From NCBI GenBank assembly GCA_018067145.1, contig JAGPVD010000158.1, forward strand, positions 15,850-79,849: a DNA stretch of 64,000 nucleotides, given 5' to 3'. Every line of letters begins with the position of its first letter. Positions within the stretch are counted from its first letter, which is position 1. The notes under the pieces were generated by a model. The model was not told where the DNA came from and did not search any database. It saw nothing but the letters and a program-made list of their open reading frames with translations. Shown here in pieces: positions 40,608-50,498 of this stretch. Position numbers and translations under genes: made by a program. This DNA is from Methyloceanibacter sp. (GTDB lineage Bacteria > Pseudomonadota > Alphaproteobacteria > Rhizobiales > Methyloligellaceae).

Positions 40608-40745
40608 GGTTGCCTCTCGGCCCGGTCTATACGAGCGGCTTCGGACTAAGCCCCCCAGCCCCCCCGGGGTCTTCTCACGGACCGGGCCACTTCACTGTCA
40701 GAGGCCACTAAAAAGGGCCGGCTCAACGCCGGCCCTTTTGCTTTT
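40608..40745 (+). ncRNA. candidate structured sRNA with C-rich loop and terminator
   Basis: Nested stems GCCTCT/AGAGGC, GGCCCGGTC/GACCGGGCC and CCCC/GGGG around CCAGCCCCCCC. Terminator AAAAGGGCCGGC/GCCGGCCCTTTT. Promoter-like CTTGGC..CCTATGAT upstream. Confidence 0.55.
40711..40745. terminator. bidirectional terminator hairpin
   Basis: Perfect 12-bp stem with A and T tracts on both sides, downstream of the DUF1223 gene. Confidence 0.75.
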
Positions 40746-40779
40746 TATAGGGAAAGTCCGGAGGGGGCCGAGTTGAGCT

Positions 40780-41541
40780 CTACATGCGCTCATACGCGGC
40801 GACGCCGAGGACCGGACCTGCGTTCTCAACCTGCAACATCGCCACCAGACAATCGCCACCAATCGTCTGAAGGTCTTTTAGCGGCAGCCTAAACGTTATT
40901 TTCTCGCCCTTCCACATACCGATCGGTGTCAGATCTTTCACCGGGTGGGTATAGGTGATCTTCTTGCCGCGGTTCTCGCCGCGGGTGATGGCGACGGTCT
41001 CCTTTTCCTTAGCAACAGCGAGCCAGACGGTGGCGGCACGCATGCTGGAGGCCTTCGGCGCGGCGTCGATATCAATCACGAGAGTATTGCCCTCGGCATG
41101 CATCGTGATCGGCACCCGCACATTTTTGAGGCGCATGGTGGCTTTGCGTATCGCCATATCGATCGCCGCCGCGTTGGCGCCGTTCACATGGGAGATGCCA
41201 TCGACCACGACTTGCGGTGTGTATACGCGACCGTCGCCGCGCGTGTGCGCATATTCGCGCTGGCGCTCGCTGCTCTCTGGGCTCGACAGCGTGTCGTGCC
41301 AGCCGAGATAATTCCAATAGTCGACGGAGAAGGAGAGCGTGATGACGCCGGGCTTTTTAGAGTAGTCGGCGAGCAACTCGTCCGCAGGCGGACAAGATGA
41401 GCAGCCCTGGCTGGTGAACAGTTCAAGCAGGACGGCGTCGCCAGCCCCAGCCTTGGGCGGTTGAGCTTGGCTCAACCCCGCCAAGCCCATCAAACAAATG
41501 GCGGCGCCGGCGCATGCGGTAATGACGATGGGCAATCTCAT
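40780..41541 (-). CDS. DUF1223 thioredoxin-like exported protein
   Basis: LELFTSQGCSSCPPAD, VDYWNYLGW, VYTPQ, RGEN.G. Confidence 0.9.
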   Translation of the reverse strand: MRLPIVITACAGAAICLMGLAGLSQAQPPKAGAGDAVLLELFTSQGCSSCPPADELLADYSKKPGVITLSFSVDYWNYLGWHDTLSSPESSERQREYAHTRGDGRVYTPQVVVDGISHVNGANAAAIDMAIRKATMRLKNVRVPITMHAEGNTLVIDIDAAPKASSMRAATVWLAVAKEKETVAITRGENRGKKITYTHPVKDLTPIGMWKGEKITFRLPLKDLQTIGGDCLVAMLQVENAGPVLGVAAYERM

Positions 41542-41661
41542 AGCCCTAACATGCCGGACTCCGGCGGTGATTTGCGTCAAAAACAGCGCACGGAGGGTCA
41601 CAACTCAGTGACTGCCACGGGCTGGCTTGGTTTGATCTCTGTTGCAGCATCACGTTGGGCG

Positions 41662-42156
41662 TTAGAGGAGCTTGTAGAGCCACACCGACGGGATGGCCGC
41701 TCCGAAACCCACCTTTTCGTATATGCGCCGTGCCGGCGCGTGGCTCGGATCGCCGCCCGTCCCCATGGTCGCCAGACGCATGCCCGCATTGCGCATGATC
41801 GCGATCGCGAAGCTATTCAGTCGCGTGCCAAGTCCTTGTCCGGCATGAGACTGGTGCACTGCATTGAGCCCGATTTCGCCGGTCTTTTTCGCTTCATCTA
41901 ATGAAACGGCCATGAACCCGACGATCTCCTCACCGATCTGAGCGACAAAGAACTTGCCGTCTCTGTCCGGCTTACCGAGATCGTTCAGATGTGCCGCTTG
42001 ATCGGGTTCCGCCGGTGCAAAGGCCAGCGGGGATATCGCCTCGTCCACGATGTTGCGAAAGGACTCGAATACGGGCTCCAACGCCACGTTGCGGAGTTCC
42101 TGCAGACGCCGCAGCTCGCTGGCTTCGAATGGCCTTATTGCAAATTAGGGCTTCAT
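41662..42156 (-). pseudogene. GNAT acetyltransferase with in-frame TAA at codon 4
   Basis: ATG-AAG-CCC-TAA-TTT-GCA-ATA-AGG-CCA reads MKP*FAIRPF and stays in frame with the GNAT body (GEIGLNAVH..GQGLG, TGGDPSHAPARR.YEK.GF). Confidence 0.7.
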
Positions 42157-42187
42157 CGTGCCGGAAACATATCGAGTCGTGCCCCTC

Positions 42188-44902
42188 TTAAGCGGCGTCG
42201 CGAGCGAGCGACCGCAACACGTAGTGAAGAATTCCGCCATTTCGGAAATAGTCGAGCTCATCGAACGTATCGATCCGGACCTGGAGCGGCACGGCCCGTG
42301 TCTCCCCGCCATCTGGATAGGTAATGTCGGCCTCGATCCACTGACCCGGTTTGATATCGCTCAAATTCTGCAACGAGACCGTCTCGCTGCCGGTGAGCCC
42401 GAGAGACTCCCAAGACATGCCTTCAGCGAACACGAGCGGCAGCACGCCCATGCCGATCAGATTCGAACGGTGAATGCGCTCGAAGCTCTGAGCGATCGCA
42501 GCGCGCACGCCGAGAAGCCGCGTTCCCTTGGCTGCCCAATCGCGCGAGGACCCGGTGCCGTATTCCTTGCCGGCAAAGACAACAAGAGGCACGCCTTCGT
42601 CCGCGTAGCGCATCGCAGCATCGTAGATCGCCATGCGCTCTTCGGATGGGTAATGCACCGTGACGCCGCCTTCGACGCCGAGCACCATCTGGTTCTTGAT
42701 GCGCACATTGGCGAAAGTGCCGCGCATCATCACCTCATGATTGCCACGCCGCGAGCCGTATGAGTTGAAGTCGCGCGCGGCCACGCCATGCTCGACAAGG
42801 TAACGGCCCGCTGGGCTGTCGCCATGAATCGCACCCGCCGGCGAAATATGGTCGGTCGTGATGGAATCGCCGAACAGGCCGAGAATGCGCGCATCTTTCA
42901 CGTCGGTCACTGGTTCCGGCGTCGTCGACATGCCCTCGAAGTATGGCGGCTCCTGTACATAGGTCGACTTCGTATCCCAGTCATAGGTGAGCCCGCCGGT
43001 GGCCTCGATCTCGCGCCATTCAGGATCACCACGGAACGCATCGCCATAGCGCTCCTTAAACATCGATTTCTCCACCGCCTTACGCACGAGCTTGGTTACC
43101 TCTTTTGACGACGGCCAAATATCCTTGAGATAGACGGGCTCGCCGTCTTTGTCGGTGCCGAGCGGTTCGGTGGTGAGATCGACCATCACCGAGCCAGCCA
43201 ATGCGTAGGCCACGACCAGCGGCGGTGAGGCGAGATAGTTCGCCCGCACGTCGTGATTGATCCGGCCTTCGAAATTGCGATTGCCCGACAACACCGAGGC
43301 GACCGCCAGGCCATTCTCATGAATGGTGTCGGAGATCTCCTGCAGCAGCGGACCTGAATTGCCAATGCAGGTGGTGCAGCCATAGCCTACAAGATTAAAG
43401 CCGAGCTTGTTGAGGTGCCCCTGCAGGTCGGCCTTCTCCAAATAGTCGGTGACCACTTGCGAGCCTGGCGCCAACGACGTCTTGACCCAAGGCTTGACGC
43501 TCAAGCCCCGCTCCACGGCGTTGCGAGCAAGCAGGCCGGCAGCCACCATGACATAGGGGTTTGATGTGTTGGTGCAGGACGTAATGGCCGCGATGGCCAC
43601 GTCGCCATGGCCGAGATCGAAAGTCTTGCCTTTTACCGGCACGCGCTTCGCCGCCTCCGCTCCCTTGCCATACTCTTTGTCGAGTACCTCAGAGAAGGCA
43701 GGCGCGGCGAGCCTCAACGGCACGCGGTCTTGCGGACGTTTCGGTCCGGCGATTGATGGCTCCACCGTGCCGAGCTCAAGTTCCAGCGTGTCGGTGAATT
43801 CAGGATCCGGCGTCTCGGCCTTGCGATACATCCCTTGCGCTTTTGCATAGGCCTCGACCAGCTCAACGCGAGACTCCTTGCGCGCCGTTGCGTCGAGATA
43901 AGCCAGCGTCTCCTTGTCGATGGGGAAAAAGCCGCAGGTAGCGCCATATTCCGGCGCCATGTTGGCGATGGTGGCACGGTCCTCAAGCGGCAGATGTTCG
44001 AGCCCAGTGCCAAAGAACTCCACGAACTTGCCGACCACGCCCCGGCTTCGCAGCATCTCGGTTACGGTCAGCACGAGGTCGGTCGCGGTGATCCCTTCGG
44101 AAAGCTCACCCGTCAGCCGGAAACCGATCACTTCGGGAACCAGCATGGAGATCGGCTGGCCAAGCATCACGGCTTCCGCCTCGATGCCGCCCACGCCCCA
44201 GCCGAGTACCGCTAGTCCATTGACCATGGTGGTGTGGCTGTCAGTGCCGACCACCGTGTCGGGGAAAGCGAGCTTGGTGTCGCCGTCCTTCTTGGTCCAC
44301 ACCGTCTGAGCCAAATATTCGACATTGACCTGATGGCAGATACCGGTGCCCGGAGGCACCACGCGGAAATTGTCGAACGCGCCCGCACCCCAACGCAGAA
44401 ACGCGTAGCGCTCGCGGTTCCGCTCATATTCCTTTTCAACGTTGAACTTGAATGCGAGGCCAGAGCCGTACGCATCAACCATCACCGAGTGGTCGATGAC
44501 GAGATCGACAGGCGCCAGCGGATTGATCTTGTGGGGGTCGCCACCGAGCGCACTCACTGAGTCACGCATCGCCGCAAGGTCGACCACGGCCGGAACGCCC
44601 GTGAAATCCTGCATCAGCACGCGCGCCGGGCGGAAGGCGATCTCGCGATCGCTTTTCTTGTCTTTCAGCCAGGCAGCGACGGCACGAATATCGTCGGCCG
44701 TAACCGAGCGCCCATCCTCATGGCGCAGGAGATTTTCTAGCAGCACCTTCAGCGAGAACGGCAAGCGGCTGATGCCGTCGAGCCCGGCCGCTTCCGCCTC
44801 TTTGAGGTCGAAATAGTCGTAAGAACGCTTGCCCACTTTGAGCGTGCGCCGGCATTTAAAGCTGTCGAGCGAGGTCGAATTCTGCGATGTCGCCGATGTC
44901 AA
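42188..44902 (-). CDS. acnA: aconitate hydratase A
   Basis: [66 protein letters not shown] start after AAGGAG. Confidence 0.97.
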   Translation of the reverse strand: MTSATSQNSTSLDSFKCRRTLKVGKRSYDYFDLKEAEAAGLDGISRLPFSLKVLLENLLRHEDGRSVTADDIRAVAAWLKDKKSDREIAFRPARVLMQDFTGVPAVVDLAAMRDSVSALGGDPHKINPLAPVDLVIDHSVMVDAYGSGLAFKFNVEKEYERNRERYAFLRWGAGAFDNFRVVPPGTGICHQVNVEYLAQTVWTKKDGDTKLAFPDTVVGTDSHTTMVNGLAVLGWGVGGIEAEAVMLGQPISMLVPEVIGFRLTGELSEGITATDLVLTVTEMLRSRGVVGKFVEFFGTGLEHLPLEDRATIANMAPEYGATCGFFPIDKETLAYLDATARKESRVELVEAYAKAQGMYRKAETPDPEFTDTLELELGTVEPSIAGPKRPQDRVPLRLAAPAFSEVLDKEYGKGAEAAKRVPVKGKTFDLGHGDVAIAAITSCTNTSNPYVMVAAGLLARNAVERGLSVKPWVKTSLAPGSQVVTDYLEKADLQGHLNKLGFNLVGYGCTTCIGNSGPLLQEISDTIHENGLAVASVLSGNRNFEGRINHDVRANYLASPPLVVAYALAGSVMVDLTTEPLGTDKDGEPVYLKDIWPSSKEVTKLVRKAVEKSMFKERYGDAFRGDPEWREIEATGGLTYDWDTKSTYVQEPPYFEGMSTTPEPVTDVKDARILGLFGDSITTDHISPAGAIHGDSPAGRYLVEHGVAARDFNSYGSRRGNHEVMMRGTFANVRIKNQMVLGVEGGVTVHYPSEERMAIYDAAMRYADEGVPLVVFAGKEYGTGSSRDWAAKGTRLLGVRAAIAQSFERIHRSNLIGMGVLPLVFAEGMSWESLGLTGSETVSLQNLSDIKPGQWIEADITYPDGGETRAVPLQVRIDTFDELDYFRNGGILHYVLRSLARDAA

Positions 44903-45132
44903 TGACGTCTCCTTCGAAGCCCGTGTTAGGGCAAATCCCAGCAAATGAGCCGCAAAGGCATGGCCAACTGCCCGCGAAGAAGCTTCCACCGTCTCGCGCC
45001 ATGGCATTCTTGGCTTTTGGATGCGTACTCTTGGAGCCATTATAAATGCCCTTGCGGCATAGAGACAATGACGCGAAGAGACGCCCTGCCTCGTTGTCAA
45101 AGCCCCACCCCTGCCTCAAGCTCGCCGAACCC

Positions 45133-45762
45133 ATGCAAATGCCCTCCGAAATTGCCCTCGCGGCTCATGACATCGCCTGCCAAAGGGGTGGTAGGACGCT
45201 ATTTGAGGGCTTGAGCTTCGATCTGGAGCCCGGCGAGGCGCTGCTCATCAGTGGACCAAACGGCGCCGGCAAGACCAGCCTGCTGAGACAGATCGCCGGA
45301 CTTTTGCCTTTAGCTGCGGGACGCCTTGGCGTCACGGGCGCCGACAACGACACGCCAGTTTCCGAGCTTTGCCAATATGTGGGCCATCTGAATGCGATTA
45401 AGACCAGCTTCAGCGTCGGTGAAAATCTTGCCTTCTGGGCCGAGTTTCTCGACGCGGACGAAAATGCGCTGCCCCAAGCACTGGCCGCCTTTGGGCTGAC
45501 GCCGCTTGCCGACCTCCCCGCCGGGCTGCTCTCCGCCGGGCAAAGGAGAAAGCTGGCGCTGTCGCGCCTGTTCGCCGCGCCCCGCCCCGTCTGGCTTCTG
45601 GATGAACCGTCGGTTGCGCTCGATACGGTCTCAGTCGAGCTGCTCGACGCCGCGATCCGCAATCATCTGACGGCGGGCGGCATCGCCATCGTGTCGACCC
45701 ACGTGCCGCTCAAAACCAAATTTTCCCAGGAAATCACCCTCGGCCAGGAGCGCTCCATATGA
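45133..45762 (+). CDS. ccmA: heme ABC exporter ATP-binding protein CcmA
   Basis: GPNGAGKTSLLR, YVGH, LSAGQRR, WLLDEP. Confidence 0.92.
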   Translation: MQMPSEIALAAHDIACQRGGRTLFEGLSFDLEPGEALLISGPNGAGKTSLLRQIAGLLPLAAGRLGVTGADNDTPVSELCQYVGHLNAIKTSFSVGENLAFWAEFLDADENALPQALAAFGLTPLADLPAGLLSAGQRRKLALSRLFAAPRPVWLLDEPSVALDTVSVELLDAAIRNHLTAGGIAIVSTHVPLKTKFSQEITLGQERSI

Positions 45763-46427
45763 GCCCGGCCGTCGCCCTTCTCGTTCGCGACGTCAAACTC
45801 GCTTGGCGCGAAGGCGGCGCCATCGGCGTGGTGCTCGGCTTCTATCTCGTGGTCGTGGCCATCATGCCGTTCGGCCTCGGACCGGATCTCAATCTACTGG
45901 CCCGCATCGCACCCGGCATGCTGTGGGTGGCGCTACTGCTGGCGGCGCTGCTCTCCGCTGACCGCATCTTCCACAACGACTATGAGGACGGCACGCTGGA
46001 CGTGCTGGCCACCGGCCCCTTGCCGCTGCCGCTGCTTGCCGCCATCAAGTCTCTCGCCCATTGGCTAACCACCGGCGTGCCGCTGGCGCTGATGGCGCCC
46101 GTGCTCGGCCTTCTGCTCAACCTGCCGCTCGACGCCATGCCGCTACTGGTGGCGACCATGTTCGCCGGTACGCCCGCGGTGAGCTTCATCGCGGCAATCG
46201 GCGCAAGCCTGACCTTGGGCTTGCGGCGTAGCGGGCTTCTGCTGGCACTGCTCGTGCTGCCGCTCTATGTGCCGGTGCTGATCTTCGGCGTCTCCACCGT
46301 CTCCATGAACATCGTCGGGCCCGGCTCGCCCTGGCCGCCCTTCCTCATGCTCACCGCCATAAGCCTCGCCAGCATCGTGCTGGCGCCGCTCGCGGCCGCC
46401 GCGGCGCTCCGCACGGCCATGCGGTAG
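45759..46427 (+). CDS. ccmB: heme exporter protein CcmB
   Basis: PFGLGPD, DYEDGTL, K.LAHW, LVLPL.VPVLIFG. Confidence 0.93.
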   Translation: MSPAVALLVRDVKLAWREGGAIGVVLGFYLVVVAIMPFGLGPDLNLLARIAPGMLWVALLLAALLSADRIFHNDYEDGTLDVLATGPLPLPLLAAIKSLAHWLTTGVPLALMAPVLGLLLNLPLDAMPLLVATMFAGTPAVSFIAAIGASLTLGLRRSGLLLALLVLPLYVPVLIFGVSTVSMNIVGPGSPWPPFLMLTAISLASIVLAPLAAAAALRTAMR

Positions 46428-46468
46428 GCCCAATTGCGCTCAACACCCAAAGCCACTAGATCAGCCCC

Positions 46469-47206
46469 ATGATCAGCCTTGCTAATCCCACGCGTTTTTT
46501 GAATCTTGTCGGCGCTGTCGTGCCATGGCTCGCCGCGCTCATCGTGATCTTGCTCGGCACCGGACTCTACCTCGCCTTCTTCGTGTCGCCGCCCGACTAC
46601 CAGCAAGGCGAGACGGTCCGTATCATGTATGTCCATGTGCCCGCCGCCTGGCTTGCCATGGGCTGCTTTCTCGTGATCGCCATCGCTGCGCTTGGCACCT
46701 TGATATGGCGCCATCCCCTCGCCGATGTAGCCGCCAAAGCTGCCGCGCCGATCGGTGCTTGTTTCACCTTCGTTGCGTTGGTAACCGGCTCGCTATGGGG
46801 CAAGCCCATGTGGGGTACCTATTGGGTGTGGGATGCGCGCCTCACGTCGATGCTCGTGCTGTTCCTTCTCTATCTCGGCCTGATCGCGCTGTGGCAAGCC
46901 ATCGAGGAACCGGGCCGGGCCGGGCGCGCCGCCGCGATCCTGGCGCTGGTTGGCGCCATCAACATTCCCATCATCAAATTCTCGGTGAATTGGTGGAACA
47001 CGCTGCATCAACCCGCCAGCGTGCTCCGAGTCGACGGACCCAGCATCGACCCGGCCCTACTGACGCCCCTGTTCGTCATGGGCGCCGCCTTCGCAGCGCT
47101 GTTCGTGCTGCTGCATCTCTTGGCCATGCGCACCGAGATATTGCGCCGCCGGGTGCGTGCGCTCCAGCAGACCCAAGTCGAACATGCCGTGCTTGCGGGA
47201 GCTTGA
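46469..47206 (+). CDS. ccmC: heme exporter protein CcmC
   Basis: IMYVHVP, WGKPMWGTYWVWDARLT, WWNTLHQ. Confidence 0.96.
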   Translation: MISLANPTRFLNLVGAVVPWLAALIVILLGTGLYLAFFVSPPDYQQGETVRIMYVHVPAAWLAMGCFLVIAIAALGTLIWRHPLADVAAKAAAPIGACFTFVALVTGSLWGKPMWGTYWVWDARLTSMLVLFLLYLGLIALWQAIEEPGRAGRAAAILALVGAINIPIIKFSVNWWNTLHQPASVLRVDGPSIDPALLTPLFVMGAAFAALFVLLHLLAMRTEILRRRVRALQQTQVEHAVLAGA

Positions 47207-47215
47207 GCGAGACCC

Positions 47216-47479
47216 ATGCCTGACCTCGGCCCCCATGCAGCCTTCATTATTGGCGCCTATGCCATAGCCTTCGTGGTGCTCGGCATGCTGACGCTCATCA
47301 CCGTGGTGAACGACCGTAAGCAGGCGCGCATGCTGATCGAGCTTGAGCGTAAAGGCATCAGACGGCGCTCGACCGCGAAGCCGCTGACGCCAAGCGTGAA
47401 GACGAAGATCATCAAATCTAAGCCCGCGAGAGCAGCAGCGAAGCGGAAGCCGACCCGCGTGCGGAAGCCGCGCACATGA
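47216..47479 (+). CDS. ccmD: heme exporter protein CcmD with extended basic C-tail
   Basis: LGPHAAFI..AY, one TM and LE..G.RRRS. Positioned between ccmC and ccmG. Confidence 0.85.
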   Translation: MPDLGPHAAFIIGAYAIAFVVLGMLTLITVVNDRKQARMLIELERKGIRRRSTAKPLTPSVKTKIIKSKPARAAAKRKPTRVRKPRT

Positions 47480-48219
47480 CGGCGAAAACCAAAACGATGG
47501 CGCCCAAAGCGAAGACGTCCAGATCCAAAACGGCCAACGCCAAGCAGACTAGCGCTAAGCCGACTAGCGCTAAGACGCGCAAAGTCACCAAGCCCAAGAC
47601 AATCAAGGCTAAGGCAACCAGGGCAAAGACCAAGACCACAAAGAAGACGGAAAGGCGCGCGCACTGGGGCGTGGCGCTGCCTTTTCTCTTCTTTGCCGGG
47701 CTTGCCTGTCTGTTCTGGTACGCGCTGCAGACCGGCGATCCGTCCCGATTGCCGTCGGCGCTCATCGGAAGGACCGTCCCGGACTTCACCTTGCCGCCGC
47801 TCGAAGGTCTCAAAAGCGAAGACGGCGCCGCCATTCCGAGCTTTGACGCACGCGACCTGGCCAAAGGCCAAGCCACCATCGTCAACGTGTTCGCATCGTG
47901 GTGCGTGCCGTGTCTCGTGGAGCATCCGATGCTTATGACGCTCGCCGAAGAGAACGACGTGCGGCTTTACGGCATCAACTACAAAGACGCCCCGGCCTCG
48001 GCCCGGCGTTTTCTCGGCCGTTACGGCAATCCGTATTCCCGCGCCGGCGCAGACGCTTCCGGCCGCACGGCGATCGAGTTTGGCGTCTATGGCGTGCCGG
48101 AGACCTATGTGATTTCAGGCGAAGGCAAGATCGTCTATCGCCATGTGGGACCGCTCACCGAGGAGGCGATCACCACGAAGCTTCTGCCGCTGGTGCAGCA
48201 GAGCAAGTCTGCACCGTAG
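47476..48219 (+). CDS. ccmG: DsbE/CcmG thiol:disulfide interchange protein with Lys/Ala/Thr-rich N-extension
   Basis: LPSALIG, VNVFASWCVPC..EHP, GINYKD, GVYGVPET. Confidence 0.93.
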   Translation: MTAKTKTMAPKAKTSRSKTANAKQTSAKPTSAKTRKVTKPKTIKAKATRAKTKTTKKTERRAHWGVALPFLFFAGLACLFWYALQTGDPSRLPSALIGRTVPDFTLPPLEGLKSEDGAAIPSFDARDLAKGQATIVNVFASWCVPCLVEHPMLMTLAEENDVRLYGINYKDAPASARRFLGRYGNPYSRAGADASGRTAIEFGVYGVPETYVISGEGKIVYRHVGPLTEEAITTKLLPLVQQSKSAP

Positions 48220-48233
48220 CGGGTGACTGCCTG

Positions 48234-48671
48234 CTATTCCTCGGCGGCCGAGACGATCATGCTGAGAGATTCAAGAAATTCTTGCCGCCTGGCCGCCGGC
48301 AAATTTGCGAGCAGTCGCTTGTCCGCCGCACTTGCGCCCGGCTGTGTCTGGCGCAAAGCCTTAGCCCCTTGCGTGCTGAGCTTGATGGCGTAGGCCCTGG
48401 CGTCACCCTTGGCGCGGCGCCGCTGGATCAAACCACGGCTGAGTAGACGGGCAACGATATCGGCGAGGGTCGAACGGTCGATGCCGGTTCGCTCCACCAG
48501 TTCGGTCTGTGTGAGACCCTCTTCGTCGGCCACCATCATCAACACGGCGAACTGGCGCGGCGTCGGCCCGCCCTCAAGAGTCTCGGCGAAAAAGGTGTCC
48601 GCAGCGCGTTGACCGGCCTTGTGCAACAGATGCGTTGCCGAACGATTCAGGGGATTTCCATTTTTTGCCAT
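48234..48671 (-). CDS. MarR family transcriptional regulator
   Basis: TPRQFAVL, GLTQTEL, IDRSTL, DARA..L wHTH pattern. Confidence 0.9.
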   Translation of the reverse strand: MAKNGNPLNRSATHLLHKAGQRAADTFFAETLEGGPTPRQFAVLMMVADEEGLTQTELVERTGIDRSTLADIVARLLSRGLIQRRRAKGDARAYAIKLSTQGAKALRQTQPGASAADKRLLANLPAARRQEFLESLSMIVSAAEE

Positions 48672-48922
48672 TATGCGTACGCCACCGATATTTCCGAATA
48701 AATGTAGGTTTTCTCTACCGATTTAGCCTTTTCGGGACACCGCGCGGCTGTCGATACAACCCAAAAGCGTAATAAACGCCCTCTAGGTTGTAATAATAAC
48801 CCGCTGCTGCAAGATACAACACTTACAAACGAAGTGGTCTGCGGCGTATGTCAGCGGTGGATGCCCCCCATTACAAGTAGAGGACAGCATACCTCTATAA
48901 AGTAACATCACGCAATCGTGAT

Positions 48923-49543
48923 TTAATCGGAAGGGCCGTCCTGGGACAGGCCACAGCGTTGCAATAGCGGCACTTGCGCCATGGCGAACAGGAAAGTGAG
49001 CGGCAGGAAGCCGAATGCTTTGAAGCTGACCCAAATATTGGTCGAGAAGTTGCGCCACACGAATTCGTTGAGCACCGCCATCGCCAGGAAGAACAGGGCC
49101 CAGCGCAATGACAGCTTGCGCCAGCCTTCCTCTGTGAGATTGAACACCGGCCCGAACAGAAGCTCGAGGACCGGCTTCCGAAACACGAGCCCGCCTAACA
49201 GCAGGGCAGCGAATAACGTGTAGACGATGGTCGGCTTGAGCTTGATGAAGGTGTCGTCGTGGAGATAGAGCGTCAGCCCGCCAAATGTGAGCACGAGCGC
49301 CGCGCTCACCAGCGGCATCACCGGCACTTTGCGATAACGCCACCACGCGAAACCGAGCGATAGAATCGTCGCCGCCATGAACGCGGCCGTACCGGCATAG
49401 ATGCCGGCAGCGGCGTTGACCCCAAAGAACACGAGCAACGGTCCAAGCTCGACAGCGAGTTTGGCGACGACAGACTGCGCTGGCTCCTCAGGCTTGCTCC
49501 TTGCGGGCGCCTTGGTCGTGGGTTCAGTCTCAGGCTGCGGCAT
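48923..49543 (-). CDS. ispZ: septation protein A (YciB/IspZ)
   Basis: ELGPL.VFF, FGGLTL, FIKLKPT, LNE.VWR, WV.FK.FG. Confidence 0.92.
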   Translation of the reverse strand: MPQPETEPTTKAPARSKPEEPAQSVVAKLAVELGPLLVFFGVNAAAGIYAGTAAFMAATILSLGFAWWRYRKVPVMPLVSAALVLTFGGLTLYLHDDTFIKLKPTIVYTLFAALLLGGLVFRKPVLELLFGPVFNLTEEGWRKLSLRWALFFLAMAVLNEFVWRNFSTNIWVSFKAFGFLPLTFLFAMAQVPLLQRCGLSQDGPSD

Positions 49544-50498
49544 CGTTTTCACCTCCTGCCCCGGCAATCGCGCGGGCAAAATCATGGGCATCGAACGGCT
49601 CCAAATCTTCGATCCCCTCGCCAACGCCGATGGCATTAATGGGAAGCTCGAAGCGCTCAGCGATGGCAACGAGAATGCCGCCGCGCGCCGTGCCGTCGAG
49701 CTTGGTCACGACCAAATTGGTCACGCCGGCGATCTCCTGGAACGTCTGCACCTGACTGATGGCGTTTTGCCCCGTGGTGGCGTCGAGCACGAGCACTACG
49801 GAGTGCGGCGCGCTGTCGTCGATCTTCTTCATCACGCGAATGATCTTGGCCAACTCATCCATGAGGTCGCCTTTGTTCTGCAAGCGCCCCGCAGTGTCGA
49901 TGAGGAGAACATCCTTCCCTTCGGCCTTGGCGCGCTCCAGCGCCTCGTAGGCGACACCGGCAGGATCGGTGCCGACATCCTTGGCGACGACCTCGGCGCC
50001 AACGCGCCCGCCCCAGATTTTAAGCTGATCGATGGCCGCGGCCCGGAACGTATCCGCAGCGGCGAGCATCACGCCTTTGCCGGCTCGCGAAAACTGATGC
50101 GCCAGCTTACCAATCGTCGTGGTCTTGCCCGTGCCATTGACCCCAACCACGAGCATGACATGGGGCTTGTCCTTCTCGTCGAGCTCGAAGGGCTTCGCCA
50201 CGGGCTCAAGCACGCGGGCCACCTCGATGGCCAAGACCTGGCGCACGTCGTCTGCCGTCAGCCCCTTTTCGTGGCGCCCTTTTGAAATCGCGTCGCGAAT
50301 GCGGTCGGCCATGGCGATGCCGAGATCGGCGCGGATCAACACCTCTTCCAGCTCATCAAGCGTGTCCGCGTCGAGCTTCCGTTTGGTGAGAACGCTGGTG
50401 AGGTTGTCCGACAGCGAAGTCGAGGTCCGGGAGAGACCGGCCTTGAGCTGCGTAAACCAGCCCCGCTTAGCCTCGGGCGGCGCAGACTTCTCGCTCAA
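49530..50498 (-). CDS. ftsY: signal recognition particle receptor FtsY
   Basis: GVNGTGKTTT, DTFRAAA, DTAGRL, TKLDGTARGG. Confidence 0.96.
   Translation of the reverse strand: MSEKSAPPEAKRGWFTQLKAGLSRTSTSLSDNLTSVLTKRKLDADTLDELEEVLIRADLGIAMADRIRDAISKGRHEKGLTADDVRQVLAIEVARVLEPVAKPFELDEKDKPHVMLVVGVNGTGKTTTIGKLAHQFSRAGKGVMLAAADTFRAAAIDQLKIWGGRVGAEVVAKDVGTDPAGVAYEALERAKAEGKDVLLIDTAGRLQNKGDLMDELAKIIRVMKKIDDSAPHSVVLVLDATTGQNAISQVQTFQEIAGVTNLVVTKLDGTARGGILVAIAERFELPINAIGVGEGIEDLEPFDAHDFARAIAGAGGENDAAA

Noticed and set aside
44903-45132. N-terminal extensions of acnA, ccmA, cydB, phaB, ispA, the GH3 gene and the ABC ATPase in the ORF track
   Set aside because: Artefacts of longest-ORF calling. Homology and RBS positions indicate downstream starts.
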